From: Alphaproteobacteria bacterium
GTDB taxonomy: Bacteria; Pseudomonadota; Alphaproteobacteria; VGEJ01
NCBI GenBank assembly: GCA_965248765.1
Contig: CBDFKF010000003.1
Location: 566,222-630,221 of the forward strand
Direction of reading: 5' to 3'
DNA: 64,000 nt
Position 1 is the first letter of the stretch. Every line of letters starts with the position of its first letter. The notes beneath the pieces are model-generated. The model worked only from the letters and a program-made list of their open reading frames with translations, was not told the DNA's origin and did no database searches. This document shows positions 35,850 through 45,304 of this stretch, piece by piece. The position numbers were made by a program, and so were the translations under genes.

Positions 35850-37703
35850 CTAGAGCGCGAGAACCTCGATCTCGTCGTGCTGGCCACGCAGAAGGTGGCG
35901 CCCCACGGGCCTCGGGGTGATCGCCGTGCCGGCCGCGTTTGCGGTCTCGGCGCTGAGCAGAATAGCGACGTCCTGTTCGGCCTCGCCAAGGTCCTTGGCG
36001 AGCTGCTCCAGCCGGTTGGCGGTGTTCACCGTGTTGCCGACGATCGTGTAGTTGATGCGGCCCGGTGCGCCGATGTTGCCGACCGTCACCTCGCCGGTGT
36101 GCAGGCCGATGCGGACGCGGATCGGCGCCCGCCCGTCGGTCATGCGGATTGCATTGTCGGCCGCGAGTGCCACCCGAATGGCGAGCGCGGCGCGACAAGC
36201 AGAGGCGGCGTGATCCGGTTGTGTCTCGGGCGCACCCCAGAAAGCCATGACCGCATCGCCGATGAACTTGTCGATGGTGCCGTCCTCGGCTTCGACGCAG
36301 CGACTGAGCATGGCGAAGTGCTCGTTGAGGAACGCGGCCGTTTCCGATGCACTCAAAGCCTCCGACAGGCTGGTGAAGCCGACGATATCGGTGAACATCA
36401 CGGTGACCTCGCGGGTGACCGAGGTCTCGACCGCATGCTCCCCCTGGCTCACCAGGCGGCGGACCAGCTTGCGCGGTACGTAGGTCTCGAACCAGCGCAG
36501 GCCGACCACCATCGAGTTGAAGGCATTGGCGGCATCGCTCATCTCGGTGAACAGGCTGGTCGGGAGACGCTGCACCCCTCCGAGCGAGAAATCGCGCACC
36601 TGCTGCGCCGCATCTGCCAAGCGATTGATCGGGGCGCTTAAATAGCGGGCGAAGCCGATCGCGGCGATCAAGGAGACGATCAGCACTCCCAGCCCGGCGA
36701 TCGCCGCCCACCGTAGGCGCCTCAGTTCATCGCCGAGGTCGGCCGCGGGGAAGTACACTGCAACGAGCCACGGCTGGTCGCCATAGCGCTCGATCGTGCG
36801 GGAGATCGCGGCGTACTCGGCGCCTTGCGCTTCGAGAATGCGGATCCCCGTTTCGCGCTCGAGTTCCGCGCGGCGACCGCTGTCAGAGCGCGGGCGCGTG
36901 AGCGCCGAGACCACCGGATCGTCGATCTCGGCGACCCTGGGCAGGGGCTGCTCGGCGCTAAGGCCGGGGAATCCGCCGATGAGCCGCGGATGTGCGAGGA
37001 CCCGGCCGTCATCGAGAACGACGAAAGCGGTACCGCCGAGGCCTTTTGCATCGGCGTCGATCAGCTCCGATAGGCGATCGACGCGCACCGTCGAGGCGAG
37101 GGTGCCGATATAGACGCCGTCGCGACGTATCGCGCTGCGGACGTTAAGGAGGGTCACGCCCGCGGTTTCCGGTCGAATGATGTCCGCCCAGAACACGCTG
37201 GTCCTTTTCTTGGCCGCCTCCACGGCCTCGACGATCACCCGCATCTCGCTGACATCGACGATCTGCAGAGCGACGCCGTCGGGACCGCGCAGCGCAAACA
37301 CCATGCGCCAATCGTCATGGATGAACACGGCTGAGCGCACTTGCGGCGTTGCCGACAGGGCGCCAGCGAGACGAGCGCCGAGAATCGCGTCGTCGGTATG
37401 ATCGATACCGCCCGTCTCAAGCTCGCGACCGAGCAGCACCAACATATCTTCGGCTGGTTGTAGGTACTGCTCGACGCGCGCGAGGACCACGCGCATCGTC
37501 GATTCGGACTTGTCAGCCAAGAGGTCGAAGGTGTTCTGGCGCGCGCTCCACAGTCCCAGCGCAAGCACCGAGACGACCGCGATCAACACCAGTCCGCCGA
37601 AGCCAATAGCGAGACCACGTGCGATGTGGATCTGGAACCGGACGGCGGATCCCTCGGATGCCCCCACGTCTCGCTTTAGCTCGGCCTCGCCGGTCACCGC
37701 CAC
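35850..37703 (-). CDS. Membrane sensor adenylate/guanylate cyclase (periplasmic sensor domain, HAMP, class III cyclase)
   Basis: 617 aa. TM1 is GLAIGFGGLVLIAVVSVLALGLW, followed by a roughly 270-aa extracytoplasmic region, TM2 AAIAGLGVLIVSLIAAIGFA, a HAMP-like linker, and the cyclase motifs VTVMFTDIVGFTSLSE, KFIGDAVMAFWGAP and VGNTVNTANRLE. Confidence 0.8.
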   Translation of the reverse strand: MAVTGEAELKRDVGASEGSAVRFQIHIARGLAIGFGGLVLIAVVSVLALGLWSARQNTFDLLADKSESTMRVVLARVEQYLQPAEDMLVLLGRELETGGIDHTDDAILGARLAGALSATPQVRSAVFIHDDWRMVFALRGPDGVALQIVDVSEMRVIVEAVEAAKKRTSVFWADIIRPETAGVTLLNVRSAIRRDGVYIGTLASTVRVDRLSELIDADAKGLGGTAFVVLDDGRVLAHPRLIGGFPGLSAEQPLPRVAEIDDPVVSALTRPRSDSGRRAELERETGIRILEAQGAEYAAISRTIERYGDQPWLVAVYFPAADLGDELRRLRWAAIAGLGVLIVSLIAAIGFARYLSAPINRLADAAQQVRDFSLGGVQRLPTSLFTEMSDAANAFNSMVVGLRWFETYVPRKLVRRLVSQGEHAVETSVTREVTVMFTDIVGFTSLSEALSASETAAFLNEHFAMLSRCVEAEDGTIDKFIGDAVMAFWGAPETQPDHAASACRAALAIRVALAADNAIRMTDGRAPIRVRIGLHTGEVTVGNIGAPGRINYTIVGNTVNTANRLEQLAKDLGEAEQDVAILLSAETANAAGTAITPRPVGRHLLRGQHDEIEVLAL

Positions 37704-37843
37704 TGTCCGTTACACCTGCGGAAGCGCAGCATGTGGCGAGGGTCCACGGCTGTCCAGCCCAACGAGAACTTGCGCCATGGGACCGGGCTCGCGGATATGG
37801 CATGAGAGTCACTGTTTCGTGACAGCGATCAGAGGCTCCTGCC

Positions 37844-38272
37844 ATGGAAATGGCCTATTCGTTCCTGTTGTCGAGCGACCTCGACTACCTGGAAGAGGTC
37901 GGCACGACAGTTATCTATGCGGACCAGGACACGATCTTGGAGCAGGGCTCGACGTGCCAAGCCATCTTCGTGGTGCAGGACGGCACGGTGAAGGTGCAGC
38001 GCGAGCGCGAGGACCGGGTCTACACGATCACCGAGCTCGGGCCGGGAGAAGTTTTCGGCGAAATGTCGTTCGTGCGCGGCGGCGGGGCGACGGCATCGGT
38101 CGCTGCGACCGGGAAGGCCCGCGTGGTGGTGGTCGAGGCGAGCCAGGTCAATGGCCTGTTGTCGTCGATCCCCGGCTTCGCGACACGCTTTTACCACTCG
38201 ATCGCGACCACGCTCGCGAACCGCGTCGAGTACACCACCGACACGATTCCCGATCTGTTGAACGAAGACTAA
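37844..38272 (+). CDS. Stand-alone cyclic-nucleotide-binding (CNB) domain protein
   Basis: 142 aa with IFVVQDGTVKVQRE...ITELGPGEVFGEMSFVRGGGATASVAA (phosphate-binding cassette GE...S/A). No HTH or other output domain is present. It is divergent from the sensor cyclase. Confidence 0.8.
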   Translation: MEMAYSFLLSSDLDYLEEVGTTVIYADQDTILEQGSTCQAIFVVQDGTVKVQREREDRVYTITELGPGEVFGEMSFVRGGGATASVAATGKARVVVVEASQVNGLLSSIPGFATRFYHSIATTLANRVEYTTDTIPDLLNED

Positions 38273-38297
38273 CGGCGGCGCAACTCCGGCCGCGCTG

Positions 38298-38957
38298 CTA
38301 CGACATCGGCTCTGGGTCGGGCACGCCGATCGCGCCGGCGAGCGAACCGCCGGCTCTGACGGCGGCGATCCAGCCCTTTTCCTTTACCAGCTTGGCCCGA
38401 GTGCCGGCGATCACGGCGTCAAGGTCTTCTAACGGGATGACGACCACACCGTCGTCATCGCCGAAGATCACGTCCCCCGGCCGCACTGTCACGCCGCCTA
38501 CCACGATCGGCACATCGATGGCGCCGTCGATCCCTTGCGCCGGGCCGCGCAACGTGATTGCCCGGCAGAACACCGGAAAACCCATCTCAATGATGTCGGC
38601 GGTATCGCGCACTGCGCCGCCGACAACCACCCCGCTCACCCCGCGTTGAGCCGCTTCGAGCGTCGTGATGTCGCCCCAGGTCGCGTGCAGAGCGCCTTCG
38701 CCGGCATCGACCACCATCACTTCTCCGGGCCGCATCAGCGGAATCGCTGCCATCGCCGGCGAATTGTCGCCGCGGGCCAGCACCGTTCGCGCCTGACCGA
38801 TGAGCTTCATGCCGCGCCCGATCGGCTTGATCCCGGCATCCATCGTCTGGCGCCCGTGCATGGCATCGCTCGCCAGCGATGGTGCGCACTGTTGCAACGC
38901 GCGCCGCTTGGCCGCGCTGAGTTTGCGGAAGTCGGTTGGGTATTTGACGATGGTCAC
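38298..38957 (-). CDS. RraA-family protein (HMG/CHA aldolase / oxaloacetate decarboxylase-like)
   Basis: GEVMVVDAGEGALHATWGDITTLEAAQRGVSGVVVGGAVRDTADIIEMGFPVFCRAITLRGP is typical of the RraA family. Confidence 0.8.
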   Translation of the reverse strand: MTIVKYPTDFRKLSAAKRRALQQCAPSLASDAMHGRQTMDAGIKPIGRGMKLIGQARTVLARGDNSPAMAAIPLMRPGEVMVVDAGEGALHATWGDITTLEAAQRGVSGVVVGGAVRDTADIIEMGFPVFCRAITLRGPAQGIDGAIDVPIVVGGVTVRPGDVIFGDDDGVVVIPLEDLDAVIAGTRAKLVKEKGWIAAVRAGGSLAGAIGVPDPEPMS

Positions 38958-38993
38958 GAATAACTCCTCACGTCGACAAGCACTTGCGGGATG

Positions 38994-39890
38994 CTAGCGC
39001 ATTCCTCCCGCTGTGGGGACGATCAGCTCAGGCGGTCGCGGATCGAGGGTAATCGTCACCGGCGTTTGCAGGTGGTTGTCTCCGTCGAGTTGGACCGGTT
39101 TGCCGGCGGGCCCGGTGATCTCGATCGTGTGTGCCTTCAGGATGCGGATGTCGGCCTGCTCGGGCAAGCGTCCACGTGCCCAGGCGAGCGCGTAGCGCAT
39201 GAGGGTGCGCCGGCCGTGGCCGAGCGAGACCAGGGCGTGAAGGTGAGGATCGGTGAGCGAGGCGCCCGGCGCGGCGATGCGCGGGCTGGCATAACGGCTG
39301 GCATGAGTGATCACGACCGACGACGCAGCGTACCGCTCGCCATCGACAACCGCCTCGAACACAGTGCCGCCTTCGGCGACAAGCGCCCGTGCCGCCGCGA
39401 CCATGTAGGCGCCTCGCCCCAGTAGCCGCTTGAGCGCCGGGCTCAGGCGGGCGACAGCCGCTGCGTCGACACCGACACCCGCGGTCAGGAGGAAACGGCG
39501 TCCGCCAGCAAGACCCGGTTGCACCTGTTGGCGCGGCCCGGCAGCGATAGCCTCGGCGATCGCCCTTGCGCGCACCTCGAGACCGAGCTCCCAGGCCAGT
39601 ACGTTGACGGTGCCGAGCGGCACCGTCGCCAGCGCGGGACGCCGTCCGCCCTCGCGGCCATCATCACAGAGACCATTCACCACCTCATTGAGCGTGCCGT
39701 CTCCGCCCGCGGCCGCGACCACGTCGAGCGGACCGTCGTGCTCGGCCGCCGCCGCGGCGGCAAAGGCCCAGGCGTCGCCCGGCCCCCGGGTCTCGCGAAC
39801 GGTCGTGATACAGCCGGCTCCGGCCAAGTGGTCAATCGTCCGCCGGAACAACCGGTGGCGGCGGCGCCCCGCGATCGGATTGAAGATCAC
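38994..39890 (-). CDS. Diacylglycerol/lipid kinase family protein (YegS-like)
   Basis: MIFNPIAGRRR at the N-terminus, GGDGTLNEV, and TVPLGTVNVLA. Confidence 0.8.
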   Translation of the reverse strand: MIFNPIAGRRRHRLFRRTIDHLAGAGCITTVRETRGPGDAWAFAAAAAAEHDGPLDVVAAAGGDGTLNEVVNGLCDDGREGGRRPALATVPLGTVNVLAWELGLEVRARAIAEAIAAGPRQQVQPGLAGGRRFLLTAGVGVDAAAVARLSPALKRLLGRGAYMVAAARALVAEGGTVFEAVVDGERYAASSVVITHASRYASPRIAAPGASLTDPHLHALVSLGHGRRTLMRYALAWARGRLPEQADIRILKAHTIEITGPAGKPVQLDGDNHLQTPVTITLDPRPPELIVPTAGGMR

Positions 39891-39922
39891 GAGGACGCGG
39901 CGGGGAGCCGCCTCGACTGCGC

Positions 39923-41980
39923 TCAGGCGGGGCGCACCCAGATGGCGATGTCGTGGAAGACGGCACCGCCGTTCGGCGGCGCTGCATCGGCGCCGGTCAA
40001 GGCGTTGATGCCGATACCGCCGGCGAATGCAGCGTTCGGGTGAATTGATTCGACGATGACGACGTCGGGTTGTAGGCCATCGAACACTTCGGCATGCACC
40101 AGCACCTCGCCGCGCCGATTACCGAGGCGCACGAGCGCTCCGTCGCGAATTCCGGCGCCGCTGGCGGTCGTCGGGTGAATCATCGCCGTTGGCCGTCCCT
40201 CCCTTTTCTGCGAGCCCGGCGTCTCGGTAAAGCTTGAGTTGAGGTAGGTGCGGGCGGGGGCCGTGACCAGCCGCAACGGATGCTCGGCGTCGGCCTCCTC
40301 GATAGTCTCGACGTGGTCTGGAAGGCGCGGCATCGCTGCGACGGCGGGTCCTTCTCGCCGCCAGTCGGGTGCAAAGTGGAACTTGCCGTCGGGCGTTTTG
40401 AACCCGTTGAGGAAATGCGCGGTCTCGAAGTCCGGCTGGCAATCATGCCAACGTGATCGCGCCATGGTTTCAGCATCAGGCCAGTGTGAGGCGCACAGGG
40501 TTTCATCGATGATCTCCCATGCGGTCATGTCAAAGCCGCGATGTCGGGCGCCGAGCCGCTTCGCCAACGCGCAGACCACGTCGTGGTTCGAGCGGCATTC
40601 AGCGTGGGGTTCGATCACCTTAGGCGCCACCTGCGCATACATATGGCCGCCGCTTTGATAGAGATCGTCGTGCTCGAGAAAAGTCGTCGCCGGCAGGACG
40701 ATGTCGGCCATCCGCGCCGTCTCGGTCATGAACTGCTCATGGACGCAAACGAACAGATCGTCGCGGGCGAAGCCGGCGACCACCTTGTTCAGCTCCGGCG
40801 CCACGTTCATCGGGTTGGTGTTCTGGATAATCATCGCCGTGACTGGTGGCCCGTCGCCGAGATCGTCGCGATCGCCGGTCAACACGGGACCAACGCGCGA
40901 TTGATCGAAGACGCGGATCGACGGATCGATGTCATCAAGTCCTTCGATCAGCGTCTTGTCCCAATGGTAGATCCCGGAATTACTGAAGAACGCGCCGCCG
41001 CCACGATGCTGCCAGGCACCGCTGACAGCGGCGAGGCATGAGGCGGCGTGCATATTGGCGGCGCCGTTGCGCGATCGTGAAAACCCGTAGCCGAGCCTTA
41101 GGAAACTTCGGGTGGTGCCGCCGTACAGACGGGCGAAATCGCGGATTTCGTCTGCTCCGAGCCCCGTGATCTTAGCTGCCCATTCCGGCGTCCGCGTGCC
41201 GAGGTGCGCCTGAAGCTCATGCGGCACATCGGTGTAGCGATCGAGATAGGGCCAGTCGGCGTAGCCTTCGGCGAACAAGACGTGCATGACGGCGCATGCG
41301 AGCGCCCCGTCGGTGCCCGGCCTGAGGCACAGGTGCGTATCAGCGGTCCGCGCCGTCGCGTTGCGATAGGGATCGACGACTACGAGCTTGGCACCGCGCT
41401 CGCGACGCGCACGTGCGACATGGTTCATGACGTTGACCTGAGTCGCCGCCGCGTTCGTCCCCCAGATCACGATCAGGTCCGATTCCGCCATCTCGCGCGG
41501 ATCGGTGCCGGCGAGGATTCCGGTGCCGGCCCGCCAGCCGGCGATGGCGAGCGTCGCGCAGATCGTCGAGTGCTGGCCTGAATAACGTTTCACGTGGCGC
41601 AACCGGTTGATGCCATCGCGCATGACCAGGCCCATCGTGCCGGCGTAGTAGTACGGCCATACCGTCTCGCTGCCGAGGCGTTGCTCAGCGGCGAGGAACG
41701 CTTCGGCCACCTCGTCCAAGGCGTCGTCCCAGCTGATTGGTGCGAACGCGCCCTCGCCCTTTGTGCCGGTGCGCCGCAAAGGCTCGCTCAGGCGATCCGG
41801 ATGGTGGACGCGTTCGGCGTAACGGGCGACTTTCTCGCAGATCACGCCGCGGGTGTAGTCGTTGTCGGGAGCGCCGCGGACCCTGCCGATCGTGTGCGCG
41901 TCCAGGCGCTCGACCTCGATGGCGCAGGTCGACGGACAATCGTGCGGACAGGTGCTCGGAACGATTTCGACAGCGTCCAT
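39923..41980 (-). CDS. Molybdopterin (MGD-type) oxidoreductase family protein
   Basis: 685 aa with the N-terminal 4Fe-4S motif CPHDCPSTCAIEV...GVICEK and typical molybdopterin oxidoreductase segments (IVIWGTNAAATQVN, ADIVLPATTFLEHDD). Confidence 0.8.
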   Translation of the reverse strand: MDAVEIVPSTCPHDCPSTCAIEVERLDAHTIGRVRGAPDNDYTRGVICEKVARYAERVHHPDRLSEPLRRTGTKGEGAFAPISWDDALDEVAEAFLAAEQRLGSETVWPYYYAGTMGLVMRDGINRLRHVKRYSGQHSTICATLAIAGWRAGTGILAGTDPREMAESDLIVIWGTNAAATQVNVMNHVARARRERGAKLVVVDPYRNATARTADTHLCLRPGTDGALACAVMHVLFAEGYADWPYLDRYTDVPHELQAHLGTRTPEWAAKITGLGADEIRDFARLYGGTTRSFLRLGYGFSRSRNGAANMHAASCLAAVSGAWQHRGGGAFFSNSGIYHWDKTLIEGLDDIDPSIRVFDQSRVGPVLTGDRDDLGDGPPVTAMIIQNTNPMNVAPELNKVVAGFARDDLFVCVHEQFMTETARMADIVLPATTFLEHDDLYQSGGHMYAQVAPKVIEPHAECRSNHDVVCALAKRLGARHRGFDMTAWEIIDETLCASHWPDAETMARSRWHDCQPDFETAHFLNGFKTPDGKFHFAPDWRREGPAVAAMPRLPDHVETIEEADAEHPLRLVTAPARTYLNSSFTETPGSQKREGRPTAMIHPTTASGAGIRDGALVRLGNRRGEVLVHAEVFDGLQPDVVIVESIHPNAAFAGGIGINALTGADAAPPNGGAVFHDIAIWVRPA

Positions 41981-42032
41981 CTGCCACTCCCACCGCGGGG
42001 GTTGAGGCTACGCCGCCCACTCGCGCGCCGCA

Positions 42033-42049
42033 AGCGACCGCCCGCGTTG
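42033..42049. repeat. Left copy of the 17-bp direct repeat (target-site duplication) flanking the IS
   Basis: AGCGACCGCCCGCGTTG, identical to 43420-43436. Confidence 0.85.
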
Positions 42050-42132
42050 TGTCACTAACACACGATATGTCCGGTTTATGTACCAGACGATCTGTCCGGA
42101 TTTAGAAGCTCTCCAGGCTATGGAGGTTTTGG

Positions 42133-43307
42133 ATGCGCCGGACAGAGCAGTTGCAGGGACTGAGATTGATGAAGTTCGAGGAGGTTTACGGCCGCACCCA
42201 TCGGGGTTGCTTGAGCCAAGCCGAGGCGGCGGAGGTTCTCGGCGTTTCAGAGCGCACCTTCCGGCGCTGGCGCGACCGCTATGAGGCGGACGGCGCGGAA
42301 GGGCTCTACGATCGCCGTCTGGGCCGGGTCTCGGCGCGGCGCGCGGCGGTCGACGAGGTGACGGCGCTGTTGGCGCTGTTCGACACCCGCTACTGGGACT
42401 TCACCGCCAAGCACTTCCACGAGAAGCTGGTCGCGGACTATGCCTTCAAGCGCAGCTACAACTGGGTGCGGCTGAGCTTGCAGGCCCATGGGCGAAGACG
42501 GGCGGCGCCCAGGCGCGGGGCGCACCGGCGCAAGCGGCCGCGCCGCGCGCTGCCCGGCATGATGCTGCATCAAGACGGCTCAAGCCACGCGTGGGTCCCC
42601 GATCAGTGGTGGGACCTGATCGTCACCATGGACGACACCACCAGTGAGATCTACTCGGCCTTCTTCGTCGCCGAAGAGGGCACGATGTCGAGCTTTCAGG
42701 GGGTGTCCGAGGCGATCCGGGCCAAGGGGCTGTTCTGCTCGCTCTATGCCGACCGCGCGGCCACTACTGGCACACCCCTGAGGCCGGCGGCACGGTCGAC
42801 AAGGACAATCCGACCCAGTTCGGCCGCGCCCTGGCCCAGCTCGGCATCGAGCTGATCCCGGCCTACTCGCCCGAGGCAAGGGGGCGCTCGGAACGCATGT
42901 TCGCCACCCTGCAGAAGCGCCTGCCCCAGGAGCTCAGGCTCGCCGGCATCACCGACATGGCCCAGGCCAACCGCTTCCTCAAGGAGCTCTACCTGCCAGG
43001 CCACAACGCCCGCTTCGCGGTGCCGCCGGAAGCCGAGGGCACCGCCTTCGTGCCCTTCGCCGGTACCCTCGACGACATCCTCTGCGTGCAGCAGGAGCGC
43101 ACCGTCTCCAACGACAACACCGTGCGCTACAAACGCCTGGTGCTGGCGATCCCGCCCGACCGCCATCGCCGCCACTACGTCAAGGCAAGGGTCCGGGTCC
43201 ACGAATACCCCGACCGCACCCTCGCCGTCTTCCATGGGCCGCGCTGCCTGGCCCGATACCAGGCCGACGGATCGCCCATCAACACAAGCCACAGACAGGC
43301 CGCGTGA
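42133..43307 (+). pseudogene. DDE/integrase-core transposase (ISNCY-like) with a frameshift
   Basis: ORF 42133..42855 (MRRTEQLQGLRLMKFEEVYGR...LSQAEAAEVLGVSERTFRRWRDRYEADG...LPGMMLHQDGSSHAW...DLIVTMDDTTSEIY) leaves the conserved frame after SLYADR. One added nt near 42754-42760 gives GGHYWHTPEAGGTVDKDNPTQFGRALAQLGIELIPAYSPEARGRSERMFATLQ, joining ORF 42897..43307. The span is 1175 nt (3n+2). Confidence 0.75.
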
Positions 43308-43324
43308 TCCGCTTCGACGCGACC

Positions 43325-43377
43325 GGCCAGTGGATAAGGGGACGGCCGCTCCGCGCCCGACCCCTTATCCACTGGCC
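43325..43377. repeat. Perfect 17-bp inverted repeat (hairpin) inside the IS, just after the transposase stop
   Basis: GGCCAGTGGATAAGGGG (43325-43341), a 19-nt loop, then CCCCTTATCCACTGGCC (43361-43377). Confidence 0.85.
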
Positions 43378-43419
43378 CAACAACCACAACTGAAGCGGTC
43401 AATTCAGTTTGTTCTCGAC

Positions 43420-43436
43420 AGCGACCGCCCGCGTTG
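43420..43436. repeat. Right copy of the 17-bp direct repeat flanking the IS
   Basis: AGCGACCGCCCGCGTTG, identical to 42033-42049. Confidence 0.85.
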
Positions 43437-43486
43437 GCGGGGGCGGGGGCACGTGATAACCTGCGCGCGATCATGCGGGGTCCGAG

Positions 43487-45301
43487 GTGAACGAACGGCA
43501 GACGGGGCCCGTCTCGCCACCTGTTGACCGGCGCGTGCCGGGTCGTGACCTTTTGCGGCGCCTACTGCGCGATCACGTCGGCCAGCATACGCGAACGATC
43601 GGCTTCGCGGCGGTCTGCATGACGATGGTCGCGGCCACCACTGCAGCGCTCGCGTGGATCATGGAACCCATCATGGACGACGTCTTCTTCGCGCAAGACG
43701 AAGAGATGCTCGTGTTGGTTCCGATAGGCGTCGTGATGATCGCGGTGATCAAGGGGCTGGCCACCTATGGCCAATCCTACCTGATGAACGCCGTCGGTCA
43801 GCGGGTCATCGCCGCCACCCAGCTCCGGCTGTTTGCGCACCTGATGCGCGCGGACCTCGCCTATGTCCAGCAGGCGACGACAGGAAAGCTGATCTCGAGC
43901 TTCCTCAACGACGTCAACCTGTTGCGCGAGGCGCTGGTCAAGGCCATCACCGGGATCGTCAAGGATTCGCTCTCCGTCGTCTTCCTGATCGGCGTCATGT
44001 TCTATCAGCAATGGGAGCTGGCGCTCGTGAGCTCGGTAGTCTTGCCGCTCCTGTTGCTGCCGATCCGCAACCTCGGTCGGCGGGTGCGAAAGGCCTCGAC
44101 CGCCAACCAGGTCAAAACCGGGCGTATCAGCGCGTTGCTGAGCGAGACCTTTCGTGGCGCGCGCCACGTCAAGGCCTACGGCATGGAGGCCTATGAGACC
44201 GATCGGGCCGCAGCGGCGATCGCGGACCGCTTGAAGGAGGTTTTCAAGATCATCCGCTCCCGCGCGGCGATGACGCCTTTGGTGGAAACCGTCGGCAGCC
44301 TGGCAATCGCCCTCATTCTCGTCTATGTCGGCGGGCGGGTCATTGCCGGAGAGACCGAGCCCGGCGACTTCGCGTCGTTCATCACGGCGCTGTTGCTCGC
44401 TTATCAACCACTACGCAGCCTCGCCAACCTCAACACCGCATTGCAAGAGGGGCTGGCCGCGGCCCAGCGGATCTTTACGATCCTCGATGTCGAACCCGCA
44501 ATTCAAGAGCAGACGGGCGCGCAGCAACTCGTGGTGGACGAGGGTGCTGTCCGTTTCGATGGCGTGAGATTCGCTTATGGCGATGCAGAGACCGCGCTCC
44601 ATGACGTTAGCCTCGAGATCCCGGCGGGCAAGCGGGTGGCGCTGGTGGGACCGTCGGGAGCGGGAAAGTCGACTCTGTTGAACCTTATCCCGCGCTTCTA
44701 CGATGCCGATGCAGGTACCGTGACGATCGACGGGCAGGATGTTCGTGGAGTGACCCTCGCCAGCCTGCGCAGCGCGATCGCGCTGGTCAGCCAGGAAGCA
44801 ACGCTGTTCAACGACACGGTGCGCGCCAACATCGCCTACGGGCGCACCGGTGCCGCCCAATCCGAGATCGAGGCGGCGGCGCGAACCGCCGCCGCCGATG
44901 CCTTCATCCGCGAGCTGCCGGCCGGCTACGACACCGTCGTTGGTGAGGACGGATTCCGCCTCTCCGGCGGCCAGCGACAGCGCATCGCCATCGCCCGGGC
45001 AATGCTCAAAGATGCGCCAATCCTGTTGCTCGACGAGGCGACCTCGGCGCTGGATCTCGAATCGGAGCGCCAGGTGCGCGAGGCACTGGCCGTGCTGATG
45101 CGTGGCCGGACGACTCTCATCGTCGCCCACCGCCCCTCCTCAATTATCGACGCCGATCTGATCTGCGTTATGGAGGGAGGACGTCTGATCGAAACGGGCC
45201 ACCACGCCGAGCTGATGGCGCGTGGCGGTGTTTACGCGCGCCTCTATGAGGTTAAGGACGTTAGTGCACCCGCTGCCGCACCAGCGCGGGCCCAGGCCTA
45301 A
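43487..45301 (+). CDS. msbA: ABC transporter permease/ATPase fusion, MsbA-like lipid A exporter
   Basis: 604 aa with a six-TM exporter domain, Walker A GPSGAGKST, signature LSGGQRQRIAIARA and Walker B ILLLDEATSALD. It lies directly upstream of DUF374-waaA-lpxK, the usual msbA context. Confidence 0.75.
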   Translation: MNERQTGPVSPPVDRRVPGRDLLRRLLRDHVGQHTRTIGFAAVCMTMVAATTAALAWIMEPIMDDVFFAQDEEMLVLVPIGVVMIAVIKGLATYGQSYLMNAVGQRVIAATQLRLFAHLMRADLAYVQQATTGKLISSFLNDVNLLREALVKAITGIVKDSLSVVFLIGVMFYQQWELALVSSVVLPLLLLPIRNLGRRVRKASTANQVKTGRISALLSETFRGARHVKAYGMEAYETDRAAAAIADRLKEVFKIIRSRAAMTPLVETVGSLAIALILVYVGGRVIAGETEPGDFASFITALLLAYQPLRSLANLNTALQEGLAAAQRIFTILDVEPAIQEQTGAQQLVVDEGAVRFDGVRFAYGDAETALHDVSLEIPAGKRVALVGPSGAGKSTLLNLIPRFYDADAGTVTIDGQDVRGVTLASLRSAIALVSQEATLFNDTVRANIAYGRTGAAQSEIEAAARTAAADAFIRELPAGYDTVVGEDGFRLSGGQRQRIAIARAMLKDAPILLLDEATSALDLESERQVREALAVLMRGRTTLIVAHRPSSIIDADLICVMEGGRLIETGHHAELMARGGVYARLYEVKDVSAPAAAPARAQA

Positions 45302-45304
45302 GGA

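Larger units (their letters stand above)
42050..43419 (+). mobile_element. Insertion sequence (about 1370 bp) of ISNCY/IS1202-like type
   Basis: It is bounded by a perfect 17-bp direct repeat. The ends are weakly inverted (GTCACTAACACAC against GTCGAGAACAAAC, 10/13). A subterminal TGTCCGG motif occurs three times (42068, 42093, and inverted at 42138). It carries a single HTH plus integrase-core transposase gene. Confidence 0.7.

Noticed and set aside
37808-37823. GTCAC-N6-GTGAC palindrome as a CRP/cAMP-receptor binding site
   Set aside because: The CRP consensus is TGTGA-N6-TCACA. Here the half-sites are in the opposite arrangement and only 5 bp long, and the adjacent CNB protein has no DNA-binding domain. 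It is mentioned only as a palindrome.
42740-42770. Programmed -1 ribosomal frameshift in the ISNCY-like transposase
   Set aside because: There is no A-AAA-AAG type slippery heptamer at the junction (sequence GACCGCGCGGCCACTAC). The required shift splits the catalytic core rather than separating a DNA-binding ORF from a catalytic ORF. Transposases of this type are, as far as I know, single-ORF proteins.
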